A stretch of DNA of 64,000 nt from an uncultured Planctomycetaceae bacterium (lineage in GTDB: Bacteria > Planctomycetota > Planctomycetia > Isosphaerales > Isosphaeraceae): NCBI GenBank assembly GCA_963833985.1, contig CAWIAD010000002.1, positions 1,216,001 to 1,280,000 on the forward strand. The letters are read 5' to 3'. The notes beneath the pieces are model-generated. The model worked only from the letters and a program-made list of their open reading frames with translations, searched no databases and was not told the DNA's origin. The translations under genes and the position numbers were made by a program. Position 1 is the stretch's first letter; each line of letters opens with the position of its first letter. Below, piece by piece: positions 51,322 to 61,085 of the stretch.

Positions 51322-52406
51322 CCCGCTTCTCGGTGCTTCTCGGCGGCATCCGCGCGAACTTCCGCGTACACTGGAAAATCATCACCGATGCTCACACCAA
51401 CGACCATGGCGGTCACCGGACCGAGCGTCACACCACGGCCGGGCAACACCGGCTCTTCACGCACGCAGGCTCCGTCGCCCCGAGACAGCTGCACCAGGTT
51501 GAGGAAGATATTGGTCGCAAACGAGCCGGAGGGGACCTCCCGCATCGACGGATACGCTCTGCCTTGTTCATCGAGGACCCGGGGCAGAGATCTTCGCCTC
51601 CTCAGGGTCAGGCCGACCGTGTTCGAGCCTCCCGAGAGAAACGCCTGGGCCAGCTTGCCCTGGTAATCACCGAGGTGGCCGATATTGCTCAGATAGACGT
51701 ATTCATAACGCGACGATGCAGCCAGCTCGCGGATGTCAGCCAGACCGACGCGCAGCACCGTGTGACAAAGTCGTTCTTTAAGAAGATCATAGGTGTTTTC
51801 CGTAAGGAAAGCATCGATCCGCTGCTGTGCGGCCGGGTGATAGCACAGCCTGTGACGGACGAGCCTGGAGTTGTCGGCGTCCCGTGCGTTGACAGTCGCC
51901 AGCATGCGGTAATGCGGTTGCCGGAGCAAATCAAAATACGTCCGAGCCGGAGGTGAAAGCCAGGCGCGTAGGGACTCATATCCCGCTTCATCGAAGAAGG
52001 GCCCGCAATATGTGTTGTCGTTGATTTCGGGGAGCTTGAAGAGTCGCAAATACTCGATTAGCGACAATTGCTCAACGGCTAGGAATTTCAGCTCCGTCAA
52101 GAACAGCGCAAAGGGGGAAAGATCCATCACGCGAATCGAGGCGCAGCCCTTCGAGACGAAAAGGAGCGGCAGGTCCCCGCAGCCCGCAACCGTCAAGACG
52201 TTCCGGCCCGCGAGATCGACCGTCCTGGCCAGTACACCGAATGGGTCAGATGAGTTAACATAGAGAACAGTGCTCACGTCCTCAATCGATGTGAGCGTTT
52301 GTCCTGGCAGGCCGTCGGCGAGGCTGTGCATCAGGCAAGAGACGCGCTCCGCGGTGAGACCGGAGGAAGCGTACTCGGATTCCAGTTGCTCCGCTACAAA
52401 GCTCAT
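51318..52406 (-). CDS. DUF3419/BtaA-like SAM-dependent (3-amino-3-carboxypropyl) transferase
   Basis: VLTVAGCGD, VMDLSP...LTELKFLAV..L...EYL.LF and YVYLSNI match the DUF3419/BtaA pattern. Confidence 0.62.
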   Translation of the reverse strand: MSFVAEQLESEYASSGLTAERVSCLMHSLADGLPGQTLTSIEDVSTVLYVNSSDPFGVLARTVDLAGRNVLTVAGCGDLPLLFVSKGCASIRVMDLSPFALFLTELKFLAVEQLSLIEYLRLFKLPEINDNTYCGPFFDEAGYESLRAWLSPPARTYFDLLRQPHYRMLATVNARDADNSRLVRHRLCYHPAAQQRIDAFLTENTYDLLKERLCHTVLRVGLADIRELAASSRYEYVYLSNIGHLGDYQGKLAQAFLSGGSNTVGLTLRRRRSLPRVLDEQGRAYPSMREVPSGSFATNIFLNLVQLSRGDGACVREEPVLPGRGVTLGPVTAMVVGVSIGDDFPVYAEVRADAAEKHREAG

Positions 52407-53155
52407 GATGATTCCCCGTGCTCGCGGACCGGCAATCAACTGCGCCCTCGTGGTACGCCTCACTGGGGGTTACGCCAGAGAGTCTCTGCCAGGACTGAAA
52501 CGGCGGCCGACCGTGCCGTCCCGGGTCCCTGGCAAGCTCCACTGGGACCCGCTGCCCGTGCGGCCGGTCTTGAAGCAAGCGCTGCTCAGGCACCCTTCAG
52601 GATCAGGATCCTGCCACCTGGGACCGCTCGGCGAGAAGCAGAGCGGGATGACGGGGCAAGTCCTCATCATAGCGAGGTCGAATGGGCCGGTCAAAGCCGA
52701 GTTCTCGTAGCCCCTTCATGCTGCTCGATAGCCCAATCCGCTGGCGAAGGCCAGTGGAAACCGCATTCAGCATGATATAATATGGAAGTGCGACAATATA
52801 AGCAAACACAAAACTCAGTGCTGTCGCGAGTGATCACTGTCAGCTCCTGGATTGGCATCGGGCGGCTTCAATGGGGCCCGGATTCGCCTCTGTGTCATCC
52901 TCCCCGTGGTCATGGCGGCAGGGGAGGCCCGGCGAGTTGGCGCCCGAGCCCCATCCTGTAACGGAAACGGCTTGCTCAAGGACTGATCCGGTGCATAATG
53001 AAGAGCCGGAAGTCCAATCGTCGATCCGGCGCGTTCGGTCGGTATTTGCCCCTGGCTCAGGTCCTGTCACGCGCTGGACCCAGGCTGCGGTGGCAGGGGC
53101 GATACGGGCGATCCTTTCCACGAGCTTTTTGCCAACCCACGAGGATGCGGGACCT

Positions 53156-53533
53156 ATGGACCGACTGGCGGCGGATCAGGTGCACCTCATTCTGCAAGAC
53201 CTGCCTGAGTTCTCACCGCAAGGGCGCTCGGTGCTGCGACTCTACCGGTCGCCGGAGAGCGAAATCTTGCTCGTCTGCTGGGAGCCCGGGCAGGAGAGCT
53301 CCACACACGATCATGGATCGTCGGAGTCTATTGTCCATGTGCTCCAAGGCAGCCTGATTGCCAATCCGGGTGGCCGGCTGATCCGCGAGCGAGAAATGGT
53401 GATCACGCCGCGCGGTGCGATCCACCAGCTTGTGAACAGCTCTTCGTCTCGAGCCGTGAGCCTGCATGTGTACAGTCCCCGTTTGCACACCCCGATCTCG
53501 CCTCCCTTCAAGGACCTGACTCAGGTCCCCTGA
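53156..53533 (+). CDS. Cysteine dioxygenase-like cupin
   Basis: CWEPGQESSTHDHG, IHQLVN and AVSLHVYSP, the His triad and SLHVY motif of the CDO type I family. Confidence 0.8.
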   Translation: MDRLAADQVHLILQDLPEFSPQGRSVLRLYRSPESEILLVCWEPGQESSTHDHGSSESIVHVLQGSLIANPGGRLIREREMVITPRGAIHQLVNSSSSRAVSLHVYSPRLHTPISPPFKDLTQVP

Positions 53534-53658
53534 ATGGTCGATGGCGAGCTGAGTATGTTCCACTTTGGCTTCGGCCGCGCCGCCGGTGACAACCTCGTCT
53601 TCAGGTCGCGAGAATCAAGGATAGCCGCAGGGCCCCTGGAGCCGGACACGGAGATCCG

Positions 53659-55703
53659 TCAACACCGAGCCACCCGGGAGGCGCCGAGGACGCTTTCCGT
53701 GCTGTCGCCGGGCCCCAGGTCAGGACGCACGCGCACATAGCCGCGCACGTTACGGATGCGGTCGAACCAATGGTTGAACTGGCCGGCATCACAGGTCGCG
53801 GGATTCAGCGTGACCAGGTCTTCCTTCGGTAAGGACTCAGGATTTCGATCGAAAAGGTACTCTCCGGCGCGCAGAGTGCGAAATGGGACAGGTCGTGCAG
53901 GTAATTCGTGGCACTCCAGGCGGACACGTCGTGCCCGAGCTCCACGCGGTTGGGCCGACCATGATCGGCAGCGCCGTAGTATGCCAGTGTGAAATCTCTG
54001 AGTGACTCGAGCTCCACGGCCGTCGTCCTCGGACGACCCGGATCCGCGTCGGGAAGGCACTGGACCAGAGTCTCGAGCACCAGTTCGACGAGCGCCGGGA
54101 CGAGATCGTTTCGGATGAGATGGTGCGCGAAGAGGAAGCCAACGCGCGTGAGCCGATGCTCTCGCGAGAATCTCTGCCTGACCGCGCAGCAGCTCGTCAT
54201 GGGAACAGTAGAGCTCGGACTCGAGTTGATCTTGCAGGTAGGCAAGCGATGCCGACACGGCAGGAGATTGGGCGGCGCGCTTGATGACCCGGAAGAACAG
54301 CTCTGATTCGATGAGGCCTCGGGAACGAGCGAAGCGTGAAATGGGTTCACCCAGTCCGCAGTGGTGCCAGAACGCCGTCAGTGAATGAAAATGGCGGAGT
54401 GTGAAGTAGTCGGCCTGTGACAGGGTGCTGGTGGCGATGACGATCTCCTCGGATTCAATGACGATCTCTTTGCCGTCGAGCTCGAGGATGCAGCCGTCCG
54501 ACAGTCGAAACCGCGTCTCCAGCCCGAATTGCTCTCGCGCCCGGGGGGACGCGAGCTCGGTACCGGGTATGAGCACGAGATTGAACATATCAACCTTATC
54601 AACTCCTTGCTCGTAGAGGCTGCCCAGGCTGCGACGGAAGGAGCCGAGCGAGTCGCCGGGGAGCCCGACGATGAGGTCCGACGCGGTAAAAAGGTTCTTC
54701 GAGCGGGCGTAGTCCGCGAGGTCCCGATAGTCGGACAGCCGGATGTTCTGACGCTTGATGTTCTCCAGCACTTCCGCGTTCAGCGACTGGACCGCGAGCA
54801 GGAAGCGGACTTTCTTGCCGAGGATTTCCGCAATTTCCACAAGCCGTCGGCTCGAGTTCTTTGCGTACCAGAGGTGGATCTGAGCCGGATAGCCATGTGT
54901 ATTCCAGAGCTTCTCGAGGTGCGTGGCGATGGCGCGGTCGCGGCCAAGGATACCGAAGTTGGCGTCCGCGATGGTGAGATGGTCATTCCCGCGGCGCGCC
55001 GGGCAATATAGCTCAATTCCTCGCACACCCGATCGAAGCTGAATTGATGGATCTTCGCGACAGTCGCCGACCCCCAATTGCAGAACGTGCAAGAGAAAGG
55101 GCAGCCGCGGTTGGTCTCGACAATGGGCGTGAAACCCCGGTCGAGGAAACGATCGAGCAACCCGCTCAGGTACGGCGACGGCACCTGATCGAGATCCTTC
55201 AGGCGTTCCGGGGCACCGCCATGGCAGAGCTGGCCGTCGCGCAGGTAGCCCAGGCCAGCGCCTGGCAACGCATCGAGACTGCCGCCGAGGACGGCCTCGA
55301 TGATGGCGGCGAACGTCCGCTCGCCCTCGCCGATGACATAGTAATCCAGCAGGGGACGGTGTTTCAGGAACGCCCACGCGGCGGCGCTTTCAGCGTCATC
55401 GAAATGAGGTCCCCCCTGGATGGTGATCGTGGCCGAATTCGACTCCTTGGCGCGACGGAGGCATTCGTAAGAGAGCGCCGTGTTCCAGACATAGTTGCTG
55501 GAAGCAACGATGTCGTAGCGGGTCGCCGCCAACGCCGCCAGAATCCGGTCCACCTCGCGCTCGATGTCGATGCGGACCTCCTGGCCAAACCGGCTAAGGA
55601 CGTACGATGCCAGCAGGCCGGCGCCCAGGGGCATGTACCAGTACGGTGTATGCCTCCCGTAGACGGGGTCGATCAGCAGGATATGCAGTGGTCTGCTGGC
55701 CAT
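53659..55703 (-). CDS. Cobalamin-binding radical SAM enzyme 2 (frameshifts near 54990, ~54190 and ~53870)
   Basis: MPLGAGLLASY, SNYVWN, GGP, GEGE, ETNRGCPFSCTFCNWG, then IADANFG, QSL, DLIVGLPGD, LIPGTEL in the next frame. Confidence 0.85.
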
Positions 55704-55799
55704 GAGAACTTCCCGATCGGATGCTGCCGCTTGCGGCCTGACTCATGAGCGAGTTGCCGTGCAAGGGTTGGATATCAGATGTGTGAATTCACAAGAGCG

Positions 55800-56531
55800 T
55801 CATTCCAGACCGATCCGGCAATTGCCAAGGCAAACCTCCGTGACCCTGCCGTCGGTGCCGCAGTCCGTCCGCGCGTGCAGGAATCGGTGGTTCGAAAACG
55901 CAATCAATTCCCCCGCGCGGAGAGTGGCGCGCACGTGGAGATCGGTCCAGATCGGGCAGAGGCGGATGAGCTCGTCGAACAGCTCTCCTTCACGCTGAGT
56001 GAGCTCGAGGTGGCTGGCCTTGTCCGCGGCACGGCGGTCGAACACCCGGGTCACGCCCCGAGGATGATCGCGGGGCACCAAGGGTACGAGCGGCCTTCCA
56101 CCCTCCGCGAGGTTCAGGATCCGAGGCTCGTGGAGCATGTGAAGAATGTCGTTGCGCCCGAGCGACGTGAGCCGTTCCATCACGTCGTCGATGTGGACCA
56201 GGAGATTCGCACCGCCCGTCGGGTCGGGGTGCACACAGCGGATGATCGTATACATCGGAGGCACAAGATAACGCGTCATGTCAGTATGGAATGCCAGGAA
56301 ACCGTGTCGCTGGGAGGTGTATTGACCGGAATCCTCGTCGATGCGGCAGACCCAGACGCCCTCCTTCCAGAATGGATGATCCGTCCACGCCTTGAACCAG
56401 GGCATCAGCGCGGCGAGCAGCTCGAGCAGCTCAGCCGGTGCGTCCGGCAGCTTCTTGATCAAGACCGCCTGGGAATGTAACGGATCATGCGTGATCGGGC
56501 AGGAGTCGAGTTCGTCCCACGTGTCCACCAC
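55800..56531 (-). CDS. TauD/TfdA-family Fe(II)/2OG oxygenase
   Basis: LAFHTD, GGANLL, L.AGELIAFSNHRFLHAR. Confidence 0.82.
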   Translation of the reverse strand: MVDTWDELDSCPITHDPLHSQAVLIKKLPDAPAELLELLAALMPWFKAWTDHPFWKEGVWVCRIDEDSGQYTSQRHGFLAFHTDMTRYLVPPMYTIIRCVHPDPTGGANLLVHIDDVMERLTSLGRNDILHMLHEPRILNLAEGGRPLVPLVPRDHPRGVTRVFDRRAADKASHLELTQREGELFDELIRLCPIWTDLHVRATLRAGELIAFSNHRFLHARTDCGTDGRVTEVCLGNCRIGLE

Positions 56532-57137
56532 GCGAAGCCTTCGCGCCCGCCCCGGGACAAGGTTCGCTCAGGCTCCATCCGAATTGCGCGCTCGCTGCCA
56601 TTGTGGTCAGCCCCGTCATGCCCTGGTACCAACCCCGGACGGAAATCACGGAGAGCAGACAGCGCGTGCACCGAATCACCGACTGGCGATGCTCCGCACC
56701 AGAACCCGGTCGTAGGTTATCACAACCCGTCTGCGTATCAAGATGCCGCCAGGCGTCCCGCCGGGTCTCCCAAACAGGGATCGCCGAGTCTTTCATGCTG
56801 GCCCAGCGCGCTCAGCCCCGCTATGATCGTGGGCCGGGACAGGACCGCTGGCCGGGGCCACGACCCAGAGACCGCCCCAGCCCGGGTCGCACGCTTCCGC
56901 GATTGCTCATAGTCGACGCCGTCGCCTTTCCATCCCTGGGTACTGGAAGCTGAGACCTTCGCCGAGTTCGTTAGATCATCCTGCAAGCCTTGTCAGTCGC
57001 GGATTCGGGCAGACGGGCCTTTTGGAATCCATTGGTGGAAACCTGCTCTTGCGGGTACATCAGCACATCCAGACCCGCCTGCAAGCGGAAAAACGATCGC
57101 AAACCACCTCACCCGGCGCCGCCACCGAGGGACCCTC

Positions 57138-57911
57138 ATGACCGCGAATGTGGAGCATCCGGCAATCCGCTCAATGAACCTGGCCGATCTCGTCGAGGAA
57201 TTGGTCCAGCACCCGATCTACGCATTGATCCGCGACGAGGACTCCCTGTGCAGGTTCATGCAGAGCCACGTGTTTTGCGTGTGGGACTTCCAGTCGTTGC
57301 TGAAGGCCTTGCAGCGCCGGCTGACCTGCGTGGACATCCCCTGGCTACCTTCCGGCGACCCTGAAGCGCGTCGGCTCATCAACGAGATCGTGCTCGATGA
57401 GGAGAGCGACGCGATGCCGGACGGCGGTTATCTGTCACACTTCGAGCTCTATCTCCGCGCGATGCAGGTCTGCGGGGCGGACACCGGGCCAATCCTGGAG
57501 TTCACGCAATCGATCCGCGACGGCCGCACCGTGGATGACGCACTGGGCGAGACGGTGCTGCCGGACGGTGTCGCTGCGTTCGTCGCGCACACGCTTCGTC
57601 TCGCGCGGCACGCCGAAGTACACCGCATCGCCGCGGCCTTCACGTATGGCCGCGAGGACGTGATTCCGTCCATATTTCAGCAGATGGTGGGCCGTCTTTC
57701 GGCGCACTCCGGAAATCAGTGGGAGCTCTTCCTGCTCTACCTGAACCGGCACATCGAGCACGATGGGGAGCGGCACGGGCCGCTTTCCAGGGCACTGGTC
57801 GCGCGCTTATGCGGTGACGATCACAAGCTTTGGAGCGAGGCCGAGCAAACCGCGCGGGCCTGTTTGAGGGCCCGGCTCGACCTCTGGGACCGCATCGCCG
57901 CCCGGCTTTGA
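57138..57911 (+). CDS. DUF3050 family heme-oxygenase-like protein
   Basis: FMQSHVFCVWDFQSLLKALQ, INEIVLDEESD, SHFELYL.AM, FTYGREDVIP, YLNRHIEHDG..HG. Confidence 0.88.
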   Translation: MTANVEHPAIRSMNLADLVEELVQHPIYALIRDEDSLCRFMQSHVFCVWDFQSLLKALQRRLTCVDIPWLPSGDPEARRLINEIVLDEESDAMPDGGYLSHFELYLRAMQVCGADTGPILEFTQSIRDGRTVDDALGETVLPDGVAAFVAHTLRLARHAEVHRIAAAFTYGREDVIPSIFQQMVGRLSAHSGNQWELFLLYLNRHIEHDGERHGPLSRALVARLCGDDHKLWSEAEQTARACLRARLDLWDRIAARL

Positions 57912-58527
57912 GAGTCGTCGCGCAAGGCGGCTCCCACGGCAGGCGATTGCGGTCGACAGCCTGAATCGGGATGGATTCTCCCCGCACGCTCCACTCGCCC
58001 AGTGCCGATCAGGCCAGCGGATGCGGCAGCCCGGCGAGCCCGTCGGCCACTTGCTCCTGGCGAGCAAGGCGAGCCGGGCACCCGTCACCCGGAGGTAATC
58101 CTCCGGCGCGATCAGGACTTGCAGCCCTCGCAGACCTGCCGAGACCGAGATCACGTCGAAGAGCTGGGCCGTCTCATCGAGGTAAACCGGGTAGTTCTTC
58201 TTGCAGGCGAACGCGGTGACTCCACCCCGTATGTACCCGGGGAGCGGCTCGACCTCGTTCAGCGGCACCGTGTCAATCTTCCTGTCTCCGGTCGTCCTGG
58301 CCAGCGCCTTCAGGTCCAGCGCAGTGGCCCGGTACGAGCGCCAGGCAGACGTCGTGCTTGTCCCCCCGTGCGACGAGTGTCTTGAACACCTGCTCCGGTC
58401 CCATGCCGACCTTGCTGGCGACCGTCTCCGCAGACAGGTCCTCGGGATCGACCTCGTATTCCCGCAACTCGAACGGCACTCCCAGCCGCTCCAGCAGACC
58501 GACGGCGTTGTTCCTGGCTGTGGCCAC
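57807..58527 (-). CDS. ybaK: Cys-tRNA(Pro) deacylase YbaK (frameshift near 58328; 3' end uncertain)
   Basis: NNAVGLLE, EQVFKTLV, LDLKALA, GYIRGG, ISVSAG.RG. Confidence 0.82.
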
Positions 58528-58550
58528 GATGCACGTCCACCTCTCACCCC

Positions 58551-59195
58551 TCACTCGTCAGGGTCCCAGAGCCGCTTGCGGAAGTAGTCCTTCCAGCTCT
58601 CAGGGAGCCTGGGGGTCTGTGTCGCGCGGCGGAGGAGTTCCTGATTCTTCGCATCGACCGTGTAGAGCCTGACCACGTCCGCGACGGTCAACCCCTCATC
58701 CATCCGCTCGATCGGCTCGATGGCGTCTTCCGCCCCGACCTCACCCTCGGCCGTCACGGCGAGGTAGAAGCCGGTCCGGCCATTCCTGAGCATCCGCTTG
58801 AGCATGTCCATCCGGCCGAACCGGATCCCGAGCTTGTAACAGGGCATCCGCGGCTGAGTCACCACGAACTCGGCCGACCCGATCCGGAAGCGGTCGCCGA
58901 TCCGCACGTCCTCGCTCAGCCCCTCGGTGGTCAGGTTCTCCCCGAAGACGGCCTGGGGGAAGTCCACGTCCGGAAGCTCGTGGCGCCATTCCTCATAGTG
59001 CTCGGACGGGTAGACGTAGACGGCCTTGTCGATACCGCCGTGGACCGTCAGGTCCGACTGTTCGTCGCCCTCGAAGTTGAGGCTGGACACGCGCAGGCGG
59101 CGCCCGACCGGGTGCTTGAAGATCGAGGTGAGCACGGAATGGCCCTCCCATTCGACCTCGCGAGGAAGCCCGACGCTCAGCGATACGACTTTCAA
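58551..59195 (-). CDS. MOSC-domain protein (YiiM-like)
   Basis: GDEQSDLTVHGG.DKAV, FGENLT, VTQPRMPCYKL, TGFYL. Confidence 0.9.
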   Translation of the reverse strand: MKVVSLSVGLPREVEWEGHSVLTSIFKHPVGRRLRVSSLNFEGDEQSDLTVHGGIDKAVYVYPSEHYEEWRHELPDVDFPQAVFGENLTTEGLSEDVRIGDRFRIGSAEFVVTQPRMPCYKLGIRFGRMDMLKRMLRNGRTGFYLAVTAEGEVGAEDAIEPIERMDEGLTVADVVRLYTVDAKNQELLRRATQTPRLPESWKDYFRKRLWDPDE

Positions 59196-59428
59196 TCGTC
59201 CCTCCCTCCGAGCCTCTTCGTTCGAAGCCCGGTTTCCCGGCATCAAGCCGTACTGTCCACGGTCAGGCTGCGGCCGCTGAAACTCACAAAACCTGGTGCG
59301 CAGGGAGACGCTCGGGTAGTTCCCCGCTATGATCCTATGTGAATCAACTCGGTTCGGCCACTGCGTCGCATCAGAAATGGAAGCAAGATCGTTCCACTTT
59401 GCAGACTCCCGTTCGAGGAAACAAGCTG

Positions 59429-60364
59429 ATGATCCGTTTGCCTTTGCTCACCGCCGTGATGCTGGCCCTTGGCGTTCCGGCCTCCGCCCAGCACCCCGCC
59501 GTGCTCCACAAGACCGCGAAAATCGGCGACCTGAACATCTTCTACCGCGAATCCGGGCCGAAAGATGCTCCGACGATCCTGCTCCTTCACGGCTTCCCGA
59601 CCAGCTCGCAGATGTTCCGAAACCTGATCCCGGCGCTGGGGCAGGAGTATCACGTCGTCGCCCCCGACTACCCCGGCTACGGCCACAGCTCGATGCCGGC
59701 CCACGACAAGTTCGCCTACACGTTCGACAATCTGGCGAAGGTCATCGACGAGTTCACCGAGACGCTCGGCTTGACCAGGTACGCCCTCTACGTTCAGGAT
59801 TACGGGGCGCCCGTCGGCTACCGCCTGGCGGTCAAGCACCCGGAGCGGGTCACCGCCATCGTGGTACAGAACGGCAACGCCTATGACGAGGGGATCGATA
59901 ACGAGTTCTGGAAGCCCATCAAGGCTTACTGGAAGGAGCCGAAGAGCAAGGAGAAGCGGGACGCCATCCGCAATCTGGTCACCTACGAAGCGACCAGGTG
60001 GCAGTACATGACAGGGGCGAAGAACCCAGAGCTGGTAAGCCCCGACGGCGCGGCCCACGACCAGTTCCTCCTGGACCGAAAGGGCAACGACGAGATCCAG
60101 CTCGACCTGTTCCTCAGCTACGGCAGCAATCCGCCGCTCTATCCGAGCTGGCAGGCGTATTTCCGTGAGCATCAGCCGCCCATGCTGATCGTCTGGGGCA
60201 AGAACGACCAGATCTTCCCGCCCGCTGGGGCCGAGCCGTACAAGCGCGACCTGAAGACATTGGAATTCCACCTCCTCGACGCCGGGCACTTCGCCCTCGA
60301 GACGAACGGCGACGAGATCGCGAAGTTGATGCGCGACTTCCTCGGCAAGCACGTAAAGAAGTAA
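59429..60364 (+). CDS. Secreted alpha/beta hydrolase (epoxide hydrolase-like, Asp nucleophile)
   Basis: Signal peptide; LLHGFP, PDYPGYG, VQDYGA, GHFALE. Confidence 0.9.
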   Translation: MIRLPLLTAVMLALGVPASAQHPAVLHKTAKIGDLNIFYRESGPKDAPTILLLHGFPTSSQMFRNLIPALGQEYHVVAPDYPGYGHSSMPAHDKFAYTFDNLAKVIDEFTETLGLTRYALYVQDYGAPVGYRLAVKHPERVTAIVVQNGNAYDEGIDNEFWKPIKAYWKEPKSKEKRDAIRNLVTYEATRWQYMTGAKNPELVSPDGAAHDQFLLDRKGNDEIQLDLFLSYGSNPPLYPSWQAYFREHQPPMLIVWGKNDQIFPPAGAEPYKRDLKTLEFHLLDAGHFALETNGDEIAKLMRDFLGKHVKK

Positions 60365-60390
60365 CCCGAATATCGACGAGGAGCTTCGAG

Positions 60391-61038
60391 ATGGAGTTCA
60401 AAAAGAGTGACACTGCCCTGGTCGTCATCGATCCTCAGAACGACGTCTTGAGCGAGACGGGCGTCTCCTGGGGGCTGGTTGGCGAGAGCATTAGGGAGAA
60501 CAACACCGTCGAAAACCTGGAGCGTCTCTTCCGGGCCGCGAAGGGTGGCAGGTTCGAGGTCTTCATCTCGCCCCACTACCTATACCCGGCCGATCAGGGC
60601 TGGGGGTTCGGCGGGGCGGTCGAGCGGATGATGCTCGAGGGCAAGGAGTTCTTCCGGCGCGACCCGCTCAGCCTCGACGGCTTCACGGGCTCAGGCGCTG
60701 ATTGGCTCGACCGCTACAAGCCGTCCATCGAGGACGGCAAGACGATCGTGGTGAGCACCCACAAGGTGTGGGGGCCACAGACCAACGACCTTGTGCTGCA
60801 GCTTCGTAAACGCCGCGTCAGCAAGGTCGTCCTGGCCGGGATGCTCGCCAATCTCTGCGTGGAGAGCCACCTGCGCGAGCTGATCGAGCAGGGTTTCGAG
60901 GTTGCCGTGGTGAAGGACGCGACGGCCGGGCCAAGGCATCCCGAACTCGGGGACGGTTATAAGGCCGCGGTCGTAAACTACAACTTCATCGCCAACGCGG
61001 TACTGACTACCGACGAAGCGGTGAGCGCGATGCGGTAA
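60391..61038 (+). CDS. Isochorismatase-family cysteine hydrolase
   Basis: ALVVIDPQND, LAGMLANLCVES, VVKDAT. Confidence 0.88.
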   Translation: MEFKKSDTALVVIDPQNDVLSETGVSWGLVGESIRENNTVENLERLFRAAKGGRFEVFISPHYLYPADQGWGFGGAVERMMLEGKEFFRRDPLSLDGFTGSGADWLDRYKPSIEDGKTIVVSTHKVWGPQTNDLVLQLRKRRVSKVVLAGMLANLCVESHLRELIEQGFEVAVVKDATAGPRHPELGDGYKAAVVNYNFIANAVLTTDEAVSAMR

Positions 61039-61085
61039 GCCAGCGCGATCGCTTCAGACCTGACTCAACTCCGGAGATTCGCGTC

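Larger units (their letters stand above)
27637..57911. other. Biosynthetic gene cluster (RiPP-centred, multi-tailoring, with embedded pheST)
   Basis: About 23 contiguous tailoring-type genes around a candidate precursor and four radical SAM genes; several ATGA-coupled junctions; boundaries inferred. Confidence 0.75.

Noticed and set aside
52410..53150. Small ORFs and AT-rich patch (52770-52810) between DUF3419 and the cupin
   Set aside because: No convincing RBS or protein signature. It is probably a divergent promoter region, but the elements cannot be placed reliably.
27637..57911. Pearlin (PEARL/tRNA-dependent) pathway suggested by pheST and a terminal Trp
   Set aside because: No LanB-like PEARL gene is recognisable in the window.
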